DNA of 64,000 nucleotides from Dysgonamonadaceae bacterium (lineage in GTDB: Bacteria; Bacteroidota; Bacteroidia; Bacteroidales; Dysgonomonadaceae). Shown here in pieces: positions 1-10,318 of this stretch. Where the stretch lies: assembly GCA_041672395.1 (NCBI GenBank), contig JBAYZS010000003.1, positions 6,638-70,637 of the forward strand. Direction: 5' to 3'. Position numbers and translations under genes: made by a program. The notes below the pieces were generated by a model. It was given only the letters and a program-made list of their open reading frames with translations, did no database searches and had not been told where the DNA came from. The first letter of the stretch is position 1; each line of letters opens with the position of its first letter.

Positions 1-734
1 CAGTTTATCTGAATGTAGGCAGGGGAGTTGCTGTAAATGGGTGGTTTGGTCGCGGAGAATGTACAGGAAAAACAGATATGTACAAAATATCAAATAATGG
101 TTATTTGAAAGGTTGTGATATTGTTTCTTTTGATGTTTATCCGGTAAATAGCAATGAGAAAGAGGTAAAGGACAGTATTTGGTATGTTGCAAAAGGACTT
201 GATAGTCTTCGTTTATGGTCGGACTATTCAAAACCAGCCTGGTGTTGGATTGAAACCACAAGGATTGGAAATGAAAGAAAGCCAACCACAGCTGAAGTCA
301 AGTCGGAGATTTGGATGGCGTTAATTCATGGTGCTACGGGAATCGGATATTTTTGTCATTCGTTTGCTAAGCCAACCAATACCGCAGCATTTTTACATGA
401 TAAAGAGATGATAACATCAGTAAGTATCGTCAATCGTCAGATTACAAGTTTAGCATCAATTTTAAACAGTCCGACAATTCAAAATTATGTAACCGCGAAA
501 AGCAGTAATCCATTAGTTCCCATTGATTTTATTGTAAAGAAAAAAGGTAAAGAATATTATGTTTTTGCTATATCAATGCGTCCCGGTAGATCCACTGCTA
601 GATTCACTATAGAAAAAGGCAAAAAAGTAGAAGTAATTGGCGAGAATAGAGCGTTGCAAATTGATAAAGACGGAAGTTTTTCAGATGAATTTTTAGATTA
701 TTCCGTTCATTTGTATAAAATATTGAGCAAATAA
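1..734 (+). CDS. C-terminal part of a glycoside-hydrolase-like protein, family not recognised; the 5' end lies left of the window
   Basis: Frame 3 is open from nt 3 (VYLNVGRGVAVNGWFGRGECTGKTD-M...) with no stop before the listed ATG at 78, so the ORF enters from outside the window. The protein has a globular composition with a WIETT-type acidic motif. It ends 1 nt before the next gene. Confidence 0.55.
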   Translation, partial: VYLNVGRGVAVNGWFGRGECTGKTDMYKISNNGYLKGCDIVSFDVYPVNSNEKEVKDSIWYVAKGLDSLRLWSDYSKPAWCWIETTRIGNERKPTTAEVKSEIWMALIHGATGIGYFCHSFAKPTNTAAFLHDKEMITSVSIVNRQITSLASILNSPTIQNYVTAKSSNPLVPIDFIVKKKGKEYYVFAISMRPGRSTARFTIEKGKKVEVIGENRALQIDKDGSFSDEFLDYSVHLYKILSK

Positions 735-735
735 T

Positions 736-2388
736 ATGAATCATAAAGTTTTAGTTTCAATCTTATTAATTACAGCTATATGCGTATCGTTTTCATGTAA
801 AGCGAATTCCAAGACATACAAAGCAGATGTTGTAATTTATGGAGGAACGTCAGCCGCCGTAATTGCAGCCGTAGAAGTCGCCCAATCAGGTAAGAAAGTA
901 ATAATTGTATCACCAGATATCCATCTTGGAGGGCTTTCGTCCAACGGTCTTGGTTTTACTGATACAGGGAATAAAGAAGTGATAGGTGGGTTAGCCCGCG
1001 AATTTTATCACCGTGTTTGGCTTCATTATAATGATTCCACATCATGGAAATGGCAGAAGCAATCGGAATATGGCAACAAAGGTCAGGGTACATCTGCAAT
1101 AGATGGAGAAAGCCGAACCATGTGGATTTTTGAGCCACATGTCGCTGAGCAGATATTTGAGGATTTTATTAAAGAGAATGACATAAAGATATTTAGGGCA
1201 GAAAGGTTGAACAGGGAGTCGGGAATACATATAAAAAGCAAAAAGATTGTATCCATTACCACCTTATCCGGAAAAGTATTTAATGCGAAAATATTTATAG
1301 ACGCCACTTACGAAGGAGATTTGATGGCTGTTGCCGGTGTGAATTATACTGTCGGTCGCGAAGCTTGTTCGGTTTATGGTGAACAATGGAACGGAGTACA
1401 AGCAGGTGTTTTTCATCATCCTCATTATTTTAAGGAAAAGATAGACCCATATGTTATTCCAACTGATCCATCAAGTGGATTATTACCATTTATCTCAGAT
1501 GAAAAGATTCCAACCAATTGTTCGGGTGACAATAAAATTCAGGCATACTGTTTCAGGTTATGTATGAGTAATCATCCTTTAAACCGTGTTCCTTTTAAAA
1601 GACCTGAAAATTATGATCCTCAGAATTATGAATTATTAGCCCGTGTTTTTGAATCCGGTTGGGATGAATGGTTCAATAAATTTGATATTATTCCTAATAA
1701 GAAAACAGATACAAACAACCACGGTCCTTTCAGCAGTGATTTTATTGGAATGAATTACGATTATCCCGAAGCAACCTATGAGCTCAGGCAAGAAATCATG
1801 AAAGAACATATTGATTATCAAAAAGGCTTGTTGTATTTTGTATCTAATAATGAGCGTGTTCCAAGACAAATCAGGGAAAAGATGCAAAATTGGGGATTAG
1901 CAAAGGATGAATTTATTGATAATGGAAATTGGCCCTATCAACTTTATATTCGTGAATCACGCAGAATGATTGGAACATATGTTACGACAGAGAATGATGT
2001 TCTTGGAAAACGAGAAGTTTTAGATCCAATTGGAATGGGTTCATACACAATGGATTCACATAATATTCAGCGTTATGTTACCGAAGAAGGATTTGTGCAA
2101 AATGAAGGAGATGTTGGGGTATATCCAACAAAACCTTATCAAATCTCTTTCGGTTCAATTATTCCAAAAGCTGAGGACTGCACTAATATTCTGGTTCCTG
2201 TATGTATTTCATCTAGTCATATTGCATATGGTTCAATCCGCATGGAACCGGTTTTTATGATACTAGGTCAATCGGCTGCCAGCGCTGCTATTATGGCAAT
2301 TGACAAGAAGTTGAATGTACAGGATGTTCCATACTCGGAACTAAATAATACGTTAAAACACAGAGGGCAAATTTTAAAACTTGATTAG
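736..2388 (+). CDS. Secreted FAD-dependent oxidoreductase of the kind found in Bacteroidota glycan loci
   Basis: N-terminal signal or lipoprotein-like peptide (LLITAICVSFSCKANS). It is followed by a Rossmann dinucleotide-binding motif (VVIYGGTSAAVIAAVEVAQSGKKVIIVSP...GGLSSNG). Length is 550 aa. Confidence 0.8.
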   Translation: MNHKVLVSILLITAICVSFSCKANSKTYKADVVIYGGTSAAVIAAVEVAQSGKKVIIVSPDIHLGGLSSNGLGFTDTGNKEVIGGLAREFYHRVWLHYNDSTSWKWQKQSEYGNKGQGTSAIDGESRTMWIFEPHVAEQIFEDFIKENDIKIFRAERLNRESGIHIKSKKIVSITTLSGKVFNAKIFIDATYEGDLMAVAGVNYTVGREACSVYGEQWNGVQAGVFHHPHYFKEKIDPYVIPTDPSSGLLPFISDEKIPTNCSGDNKIQAYCFRLCMSNHPLNRVPFKRPENYDPQNYELLARVFESGWDEWFNKFDIIPNKKTDTNNHGPFSSDFIGMNYDYPEATYELRQEIMKEHIDYQKGLLYFVSNNERVPRQIREKMQNWGLAKDEFIDNGNWPYQLYIRESRRMIGTYVTTENDVLGKREVLDPIGMGSYTMDSHNIQRYVTEEGFVQNEGDVGVYPTKPYQISFGSIIPKAEDCTNILVPVCISSSHIAYGSIRMEPVFMILGQSAASAAIMAIDKKLNVQDVPYSELNNTLKHRGQILKLD

Positions 2389-2577
2389 CTTAAAAGTAAC
2401 TGATTTTAATTGGATTATTAAACTTAGAAACATTAAGCAAACGAAACATGGTTTCATTACGGTCGTAATACAGCTATTATCATAACATTGGTTACGCTTA
2501 TAAAAGATGTAATTATTTTTTCAGTAATTTTGACTACTTGATATTAGTTAGATAATCATTTTTAAAGAGTAAAACAG

Positions 2578-2832
2578 ATGAAAGCAGCAGTATTAAATGA
2601 ATTAGACAGTGTTCCCGTTTACATTGATTTTTTCGATCCCGTTCCACAAGATGAAACACAAATAGTGATGAATGTTAAAGCTGCTGCGCTTAAGAATCTG
2701 GATAAAGTAAAAACCAAAGAATTTTATTATGCTCATTATTCAGAGTTACCTGAGATGCATGCTTTTGCAGCTGCAGACAAGTTAACGATTGAAACAGAGA
2801 GCATGAATCTAAAAGATATCAGTATGGCATAG
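2578..2832 (+). pseudogene. Possible remnant of a medium-chain (zinc-type) alcohol dehydrogenase or quinone oxidoreductase
   Basis: The 84-aa ORF starts MKAAVLNEL...PVPQDETQIVMNVKAAALKNLD, which resembles the N-terminus of MDR-family oxidoreductases. The roughly 250-aa catalytic and Rossmann core is missing. It sits isolated in an 840-bp AT-rich gap. Confidence 0.35.
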
Positions 2833-3229
2833 TCAGTCGATTCAAAAAGCAAAAGATTAGTTATTATTATTGACTGAATACCAATATTATAGCTCTTTTT
2901 TTAAGGTCAGATAATTTCTATCAAAAATAGATAAAATAACTGCAATTAAATTTGGTAGACTCAATTATTATTGTTATATTTATAGATTAAATGATTGTTA
3001 ACCCTTTAAATGCTGGAATAAAGGCATTTATAATAATTCGACCTAACCTGAAAATGATTAAATATAAGAATTTACATAGATATACACTATTTCGTTCTAT
3101 GTTTCGAAACGATATGAACAACATTTTTATTGCTCAAAGACTTTTATAGTGTATGGGATTTTAATCTGTTTAATTCATTTTTTTTTGCTTATTTTGTAAT
3201 CGATTTAATTAAGTATTTTTACAATATTA

Positions 3230-3772
3230 GTGAGAACAAATAAAGATATTTCATATATTTATAATTTATATGTGGATGACCTATTCACATATGGTACCTA
3301 TCTTGGCTTTGAAAGTGAAGTTGTTAAAGATGCTGTTCATGATGTCTTTGTAAAAATAACTATTGATTCAGGATTACTTAAGGATGTTTCAGATATTAAG
3401 TTTTATCTATTCAAGTCTGTGAAATATAGATTGTTTGACTTGCATAAAAAAACTATGAGAGAAATAATGATTGATAATACTGAGTTATTTGAAGAGCTGC
3501 CATTTAATATAGAATTAAATGTGGAAGACAATCTTATAGAAGAAGAGGAACAACTTCAGGTAAAAAATGAAATTAGTCTAATGCTAGATTCACTTACCAG
3601 CCGGCAGCGTGAAATTATATACCTTCGATATGTACAAGAATATGATTATGAAAAGATAGCTGAATTATTAAAGATTAGTGTACATAGTTGTCGCAAATTA
3701 GTATCAAAAGCCATTTTGAGTCTTCGGGATAAATTCGGTATATTAATTAAGGTTTTAGTTCTTCTTTCATAG
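3230..3772 (+). CDS. ECF-type RNA polymerase sigma-70 family factor
   Basis: Region 2-like segment DAVHDVFVKI. Region 4 helix-turn-helix LTSRQREIIYLRYVQEYDYEKIAELLKISVHSCRKLVSKAI. GTG start. It lies directly upstream of a FecR-type gene. Confidence 0.9.
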   Translation: MRTNKDISYIYNLYVDDLFTYGTYLGFESEVVKDAVHDVFVKITIDSGLLKDVSDIKFYLFKSVKYRLFDLHKKTMREIMIDNTELFEELPFNIELNVEDNLIEEEEQLQVKNEISLMLDSLTSRQREIIYLRYVQEYDYEKIAELLKISVHSCRKLVSKAILSLRDKFGILIKVLVLLS

Positions 3773-3930
3773 CACGTTATTTCCACCTTATCTGATACAT
3801 TTTAATTTTATTAAGTTAAAGTTTAATGATTTTTCAAAATAAAGGGTATAAATAAAATTTCAAATCGTCTATTTATTATATCAGGAATATTAAAATTGAA
3901 TGATTAAGAAAGTACAACCAAAAATCAAAA

Positions 3931-5091
3931 ATGAAACGTTATACTTATTTTTTAAAAGATAAAAAATTTATCCGTTGGCAGCTATTGTCAGATAGCAGTT
4001 TAGACGAATATTGGAAGAATTTCATTGAAGAACACCCAGAATCAGAAAATGAAATACATCAAGCTATCACCTATTTAAAGAATGAGGGATTAAATAAAAG
4101 TACATTAACTGAGAAAGAACGCATAATTCTATTTGATAAAATTCAAAATACTATCCGGCACAAGAAAAATTCAAAATTACAAAGACTTATATCATTCTCT
4201 GCAGCAGCTGTTGCTTTACTTATAATTGGTTTTTTGCTATTATATCCCAAACAGGAAGACAAAATTATTTTAGCCGATAAAGAGCATATTATGGGTGAAT
4301 TCTTGAACAGTGAAGATATTCAGCTTATTACCGGTAATGAGTCAATGTCATTTCAAAGTGATATTGATGTAAAGCTCAGTGGGGAAGGCAAAGCCGAAAT
4401 AGTACAAAATAATCATGACGTACAGAAAATTGAAATCAAACAAGATCAAGTTAATACATTAATTGTTCCCTTTGGAAAGCGTTCCACTTTGACACTTGCA
4501 GATGGAAGTAAAGTTTGGCTTAATTCAGGTTCAGTACTCAAATTTCCAGTACAGTTTATAGGTAATAATAGAGAGATCAGTCTTGTTTCCGGTGAGATGT
4601 ATATTGAAGTAGCCCCGAACAAAAAGATGCCATTTCGTGTTCTTTCTTCAGATTTCAATATTAAGGTTTACGGCACCAAGTTCAATGTCTCAAATTATGA
4701 AGGTTCTGCACATTCTGTTGTCTTGGTTGAAGGTAGCGTAAGTTTACAATCATCTAAAAGTAAAGAAACCTTTTTGTCACCTAGTGAGCAAGCTGTTTAT
4801 TCAGTAAATGGGACATTTAAAACTCAAACAGTTAATGTAAATCAATTCATCAGTTGGAAAAATGGATATTTAGAATTTAACAAAACCCCCATGACAGAAG
4901 TACTTAAACAAATTGGAAGATATTATAACCTATCGTTTGATTTTGGAGAAGATTCAAACTTACAAAAGCGTACCTGTACCGGGAAGATTTATTTATCCGA
5001 AAATTTAGATAATGTTATGACAACGGTTGGTTTACTATCATCAACTAAATACTCTAAAATCAATAATAAAATATTTATCACTAACGAATAA
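3931..5091 (+). CDS. FecR-family anti-sigma factor (transmembrane sensor)
   Basis: Cytoplasmic N-domain, a single TM helix (LISFSAAAVALLIIGFLLLY) and a periplasmic FecR-like domain (ADGSKVWLNSGSVLKF...GEMYIEV...FRV...V.GTKFNV). It sits between the ECF sigma factor and the STN-domain SusC. Confidence 0.9.
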   Translation: MKRYTYFLKDKKFIRWQLLSDSSLDEYWKNFIEEHPESENEIHQAITYLKNEGLNKSTLTEKERIILFDKIQNTIRHKKNSKLQRLISFSAAAVALLIIGFLLLYPKQEDKIILADKEHIMGEFLNSEDIQLITGNESMSFQSDIDVKLSGEGKAEIVQNNHDVQKIEIKQDQVNTLIVPFGKRSTLTLADGSKVWLNSGSVLKFPVQFIGNNREISLVSGEMYIEVAPNKKMPFRVLSSDFNIKVYGTKFNVSNYEGSAHSVVLVEGSVSLQSSKSKETFLSPSEQAVYSVNGTFKTQTVNVNQFISWKNGYLEFNKTPMTEVLKQIGRYYNLSFDFGEDSNLQKRTCTGKIYLSENLDNVMTTVGLLSSTKYSKINNKIFITNE

Positions 5092-5139
5092 TATAAAAAA
5101 AGAGCCTATGTAAATAATATATTAAAGATTTAAAAAAAA

Positions 5140-5167
5140 GTCGAACGATACTGCAATACCGTTCGAC
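5140..5167 (+). promoter_or_regulatory. Hairpin between the anti-sigma gene and susC (8-bp stem GTCGAACG/CGTTCGAC, 12-nt loop)
   Basis: The inverted repeat was read directly. An A8 run precedes it and no T-run follows it. Its function is unknown. Confidence 0.3.
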
Positions 5168-5217
5168 AAGTAGAAATTAATTACCTTGATTATTAATAAT
5201 TAAAATCTTACAAATTT

Positions 5218-8200
5218 ATGAATAAAAATTATATTGAAAGACAAGTAACTTTCAATAATTCAAAGTATGTTCAAAAAATCATGAGAACGACATTATTCTT
5301 TTTGTTTTTCTGTGTACTGTTTACTTCAGCGTCAAACAGTTATTCGCAAAAAATTACTCTTAATCTAAAATCCACTTCAATTAAGAAGATGTGTAATGCG
5401 ATTGAAGAAAAGAGTAATTATATCTTTGTTTTTTCGGATAATGCCGAAAAAATGATTAATGAAAGGGTGAATATTAACGTAAACTCAAAAGAGATTACTG
5501 ATATTCTTGAGGAGATTTTTACCAATTCTGGTTTGTCGTATAAAATATTAGAAAATCAGATTGTTGTTTATGAATCTAATGAAGTGACTCCAAATAAAAA
5601 AGTTGGAATTGATGTTCCAGTGAATATTGTTCAACAAACGAAAAAACAAATTTCGGGTAAAGTTGTAGATATTAAGGGCGAACCTTTAATTGGAGCCAAT
5701 ATCGTAGAAACTAGAACTACAAATGGAACTGTAACAGATATTGATGGAAATTTTTCGTTACAGGTGGAAAATGATGCTGTCTTACGAATCTCATACATTG
5801 GTTTTCTCGAGCAAAGCATCAGTACTGTAGGAAAAAACATCTTCAACATTGTTTTAAGTGAAGATACAAAAGCATTGGATGAACTGGTAGTAATAGGTTA
5901 CGGCTCCCGACAGCGCAAAAGTATTACTGGAGCAGTAGATCAGGTTAATTCCGAAATGTTTGAAGATCGACCTGTCAGCAATGCATTACAAGCTTTACAG
6001 GGGGCATCTGCAAATCTTATTATTCAGCAAAAAAACATGAATCCTAATGATAACAACCTTAGTATCAATATTAGAGGTGTTAGTACAATGGGAAATAATG
6101 ACCCTCTGATAGTTATTGACGGATTAATCTCCTCAACTAACACTCTTAACAGTATTAATCAGAATGATATAGAGAATGTGTCTGTTCTGAAAGATGCAGG
6201 TAGTGCTGCTATCTATGGTTCTCGTTCAGCAAATGGGGTAATTTTGGTGACAACAAAAAAAGGCTCAAAAATGAGCAAACCTTTGGTTAGATTTAGTGGT
6301 TTGGCTGGATATCAGGATCCAGATATTCTTTATCAACCCGTTGAAGGATGGCAAAATGCTATGTATCGTAATCAGGCAAACATGAATGCTGGTAGTGCTC
6401 CTATTTATACTCCTGCACAAATTCGTGATCTTTATGATCATAGAAGTGAGGAGTATTGGTATTTAAATAAAATTATGCAAAAAGGGTTGCAACAAAATTA
6501 TAACCTCAATATTTCAGGTGGTAGTGATAATACGACTTATATGGTTTCAGCCGGGTACCTGAATCAGGAAAGTAACTTTGTTGGTGGATACGGTATGGAA
6601 AGATATAACTTTAGAACCAATCTTACTACTGAATATAATCGAATTAAAGTAACTTCGTTATTGGCATATAATCGTCGTGACGAACGAACTATTGGAGGAG
6701 GTACAGGAAATACAATTATCAACTCTTCGCGTATACCACCATATTATTACTATCGTTTTGAACAAGATGGAAAATATCTGATAAATGATATTATAGGTGA
6801 TGACAACACAATGGCCAAACTGAAAGAAGGTGGATACGAGAAAAAGGATGAGGATAATATCATAGGTAGTCTAAATCTTGATTATAAAATTACAGAGGGA
6901 TTGACTGCCAAAGGCTTGTTGGGTATTGATTTAACACAGCATCACCGCTTCAGAAGGGATATTATGGTTCCACTTTACTCACGCAACGATTTGGAAAATT
7001 CTGTGGTAAACATAAATCCTAACCGTCTAACGGAAGATTACAACAACAAGCGGTACAATTTAAGTACGCAGTTTTTATTGGATTATAATCGTACGTTTAA
7101 TGAAGTACATAATGTTTCAGGACTTTTGGGAACCTCGAATGAATCTTACACATTCAAGTCGAGTCGTATTGCATGGAAATTTACTGATCCTGACTTGGGA
7201 TTGCCCACTACCGATGAATCGGAACAAGATACTGGAAATAATAACTCTAATGACAACACAGATCAAACAAGTATAACTTCAGTTTTTGGACGTTTAGGGT
7301 ACAATTATATGGACAAGTATTATGGCGACATTTCTTTTCGTTATGATGGTTCATCAAAATTTGCCAAAGATAATAGGTGGGGGTTCTTTCCTTCATTCTC
7401 TGCTGCATGGAGAATTTCGGAAGAAAATTTCATGGATGAATACAAAAATAGTGTTGGTGATTTGAAATTTAGAACATCTTATGGTATTTTAGGTAATCAA
7501 AATGTTGCAAATTATTCATATCAAACTGTTTACCAAATGTATACCAATAGCTATGTGTTCAATAACCAACCTGTTCCAGGGACTGGTTTTACATATGGAA
7601 ACCCTGATCTAACATGGGAAAAATCGGGCAACTTTAACATTGGTGTCGATGCTGGATTCTTAAACAATGACCTTTATGTTTCACTCGACTACTTTAATAA
7701 AAGGACGTGGGATATTTTGTTAGCTCCTGAAGTCTCTAGCGTTTTTGGTAGTTCTGCAGCCAATGAAAATGCTGGAGAGATGAGAAACCGAGGATGGGAG
7801 GCAACATTAAATTACAGGTTACGTTCAGGAGAGTTTAATCATCAGTTCAACTTGAACATATCAGATTCGAAGAATAAAATTACTGATTTTGGAGGCAAAG
7901 AAAGAATTGATCAAAGTGATCAAATGTATAAGCTTATAAGAGAAGGAGAAGCCCTGGGATCTTATTTCGGATATAAAACCGATGGTTATTTCCAAAATCT
8001 TGATGAAATTGAGAATAGTGCACTACCAGTAGGTGCGATTGTACAACCTGGTGATGTTAAATATGTTGATCAGAATATTGATGGTGTAATTGATGAAAAA
8101 GACCGTGTGGTATTAGGAAATGCATTCCCAAGATATACATTCGGATTTACGTATGCTATGCAATACAAAGATTTTGATTTTAGCATTATGCTTCAAGGAG

Positions 8201-8658
8201 TAGGGAAAAGAGATATGTACATACGTGGAGAATTGATTGAACCATTTCACTCTAATTACTCATATGCTATTTATAGACATCAGTTAGATTTCTGGACTCC
8301 AACTAATCCAAATGCAAAATGGCCAAGGTTGATTGCACCAAGCTCACCTTCAAGTAGTAATAACTGGGGAAAAGCAGGTACTGACATTTATCTTTTGAAT
8401 GGTGCTTATTTGCGTGTGAAAAATATACAATTGGGTTATACACTGCCTAAGCAGTTCACAGATAAGATTGGTATTCAAAAATTGCGTATAAGCGCAAATG
8501 CACAGAACCCACTTACACTTACCAGAAATTCATTTATAGATCCCGAATCATCTGAATTTGGCAACAACATGGGAGGTATCGGCGGTGTGGGTGCCAATAG
8601 TGCCCGTAATTATCCGACACTTGTCTATTATGGATTTGGTTTAGATATTGAATTTTAA
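5218..8658 (+). CDS. susC: SusC/RagA-family TonB-dependent outer-membrane transporter with an N-terminal STN signalling domain
   Basis: 1146 aa. It has an STN-like segment (ITLNLKSTSIKKMCNAIEEKSNYIFVF), a carboxypeptidase-regulatory-like segment (ISGKVVDIKGEPLIGANIVE...TDIDGNFSL) and a TonB box/plug (DELVVIGYGS). The C-terminus ends in F. An alternative start at 5281 (MRTTLFF) is possible. Confidence 0.95.
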   Translation: MNKNYIERQVTFNNSKYVQKIMRTTLFFLFFCVLFTSASNSYSQKITLNLKSTSIKKMCNAIEEKSNYIFVFSDNAEKMINERVNINVNSKEITDILEEIFTNSGLSYKILENQIVVYESNEVTPNKKVGIDVPVNIVQQTKKQISGKVVDIKGEPLIGANIVETRTTNGTVTDIDGNFSLQVENDAVLRISYIGFLEQSISTVGKNIFNIVLSEDTKALDELVVIGYGSRQRKSITGAVDQVNSEMFEDRPVSNALQALQGASANLIIQQKNMNPNDNNLSINIRGVSTMGNNDPLIVIDGLISSTNTLNSINQNDIENVSVLKDAGSAAIYGSRSANGVILVTTKKGSKMSKPLVRFSGLAGYQDPDILYQPVEGWQNAMYRNQANMNAGSAPIYTPAQIRDLYDHRSEEYWYLNKIMQKGLQQNYNLNISGGSDNTTYMVSAGYLNQESNFVGGYGMERYNFRTNLTTEYNRIKVTSLLAYNRRDERTIGGGTGNTIINSSRIPPYYYYRFEQDGKYLINDIIGDDNTMAKLKEGGYEKKDEDNIIGSLNLDYKITEGLTAKGLLGIDLTQHHRFRRDIMVPLYSRNDLENSVVNINPNRLTEDYNNKRYNLSTQFLLDYNRTFNEVHNVSGLLGTSNESYTFKSSRIAWKFTDPDLGLPTTDESEQDTGNNNSNDNTDQTSITSVFGRLGYNYMDKYYGDISFRYDGSSKFAKDNRWGFFPSFSAAWRISEENFMDEYKNSVGDLKFRTSYGILGNQNVANYSYQTVYQMYTNSYVFNNQPVPGTGFTYGNPDLTWEKSGNFNIGVDAGFLNNDLYVSLDYFNKRTWDILLAPEVSSVFGSSAANENAGEMRNRGWEATLNYRLRSGEFNHQFNLNISDSKNKITDFGGKERIDQSDQMYKLIREGEALGSYFGYKTDGYFQNLDEIENSALPVGAIVQPGDVKYVDQNIDGVIDEKDRVVLGNAFPRYTFGFTYAMQYKDFDFSIMLQGVGKRDMYIRGELIEPFHSNYSYAIYRHQLDFWTPTNPNAKWPRLIAPSSPSSSNNWGKAGTDIYLLNGAYLRVKNIQLGYTLPKQFTDKIGIQKLRISANAQNPLTLTRNSFIDPESSEFGNNMGGIGGVGANSARNYPTLVYYGFGLDIEF

Positions 8659-8669
8659 TATTTTACGAT

Positions 8670-10286
8670 ATGAAAACGAAGATCATACAATATATAACTA
8701 TATTTTTATTTGCTGTAATTACATTCTCATCCTGTAATGATTTGGACCTGGCACCAACAAATAAATTCACAGATGCCAACTATTGGACTTCTACCGAGAA
8801 AGCGACAGCAGTACTTAACATGGCATATAGCCAGATGTTTGGTTCCAATTACTTTTTCGCTAACGAACGTTTGTCGGATAATCTTTATGAAGGAAGAGGT
8901 AATACTGATGAGAAAATCATTACTTCAGGACAGGCAGATGCCGCTTTGGGTCGCTTCGCAAATGAGTGGAGAAATTGTTATGAAGGGATAAAAACCTGTC
9001 ATATATTTTTGGACAACGTGGATTTAGTTCCTAATATGGATAATGTTTTAAAAGAAAGAATGAAGGCTGAGATTAGGTTTATTCGGGCATTTTTGTTTTT
9101 TCGATTGACTAATCAATATGGTGACATTCCTTTTTTTGATTATAATATTACATTACAAGAAGCAAATACTATTTCACGTACATCTAAAGATGATGTAATA
9201 AAATTTGTAAGAGATGAATTAAATGAAATAGTAAGCTCGTTGCCAAAAAAAGGAGAATATGCGGATAAAGATATGGGAAGAATCACGCAAGGCGCAGCAA
9301 TGACATTGTTGGCACGTACTTATCTATACGAAAATGATTGGGCAAATGTTGTTTCAGTAACTGAAAAAATCATCAATGGTGATTATGGTCAATATCAATT
9401 GTTTTCAAGCTATGAAGGTCTTTTCTTGCCCGAAAATGAGCTCAACGATGAGGTGATTCTCGATATGGGATATACATTGAACATGAGAACCTGGAGCGAG
9501 ATGTATGATGCAATTCCACTGTCTGTTGGAGGTCGTATCAATGCATTTGCGCCTACACAGGAATTGGTGGATGATTATTTAATGAAGAATGGAAAATCTA
9601 TTCATGAAATTGGCTCTGGTTACGATGAAAATAATCCTTATATAAATAGAGATCCTCGATTTGGTGCTACTATTGTATATCATGGTTATCAATGGAAGAA
9701 GGCAAATGGTGCTATTTCGACTATTTATATTAAACCGGGATCCTCTGCAGATGCAGGTGCCTCTAATTTGGATGAATATGCAGGACCAGGTCAAAATTCA
9801 ACCGCTACTGGATACTATATAAGAAAATATTTTGATCCTACTGCTCCAGAAGGTATGGCAGCAGGATTAAATCTGGTTTTGATGCGTTATGCTGATGTTC
9901 TTTTGATGTATGCTGAAGCAAAGAATGAATTAGGGGAAATGAACGAAACTGTGTGGAACCAAACAATTCGCTTAATTCGTGTACGTGCAGGCTTTACCGA
10001 TGCATCTGCTTTGAATTATCCTTCTTCTGATCTTCAACAGATTATACGTCGTGAACGTCGTTCTGAACTGGCGATAGAAGGACTGCGTTTATTTGATATT
10101 CGACGCTGGGGTATCATTGAGTCGGTGATGAATGTTGCTCCAAAAGGAGCCAAATTTGCTGCTGGTAATACGCAATATATTACATTAGATCAGAGGAGAT
10201 TTAACGCAAACAGGGATTATTTGTTTGCCATTCCTCAGTCTCAACGAGATATCAATAAGAATCTCACTCAGAATCCTGAATATTAA
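8670..10286 (+). CDS. susD: SusD/RagB-family nutrient-binding outer-membrane lipoprotein
   Basis: Lipoprotein signal (FAVITFSSCNDL). TPR-like SusD signatures (RAFLFFRLTNQYGDIPF, LLMYAEAKNELG, RRERRSELAIEGLRLFDIRRWG). It immediately follows susC. Confidence 0.95.
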   Translation: MKTKIIQYITIFLFAVITFSSCNDLDLAPTNKFTDANYWTSTEKATAVLNMAYSQMFGSNYFFANERLSDNLYEGRGNTDEKIITSGQADAALGRFANEWRNCYEGIKTCHIFLDNVDLVPNMDNVLKERMKAEIRFIRAFLFFRLTNQYGDIPFFDYNITLQEANTISRTSKDDVIKFVRDELNEIVSSLPKKGEYADKDMGRITQGAAMTLLARTYLYENDWANVVSVTEKIINGDYGQYQLFSSYEGLFLPENELNDEVILDMGYTLNMRTWSEMYDAIPLSVGGRINAFAPTQELVDDYLMKNGKSIHEIGSGYDENNPYINRDPRFGATIVYHGYQWKKANGAISTIYIKPGSSADAGASNLDEYAGPGQNSTATGYYIRKYFDPTAPEGMAAGLNLVLMRYADVLLMYAEAKNELGEMNETVWNQTIRLIRVRAGFTDASALNYPSSDLQQIIRRERRSELAIEGLRLFDIRRWGIIESVMNVAPKGAKFAAGNTQYITLDQRRFNANRDYLFAIPQSQRDINKNLTQNPEY

Positions 10287-10318
10287 CAGATTATGGTTGA
10301 TAAATAAAATAACACAAT

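Noticed and set aside
3091-3116. An imperfect palindrome around TTTCGAAA upstream of the ECF sigma gene
   Set aside because: Only the central 8 nt are truly palindromic (10 counting the flanking G/C pair) and the arms do not pair consistently. In such AT-rich sequence this is expected by chance.
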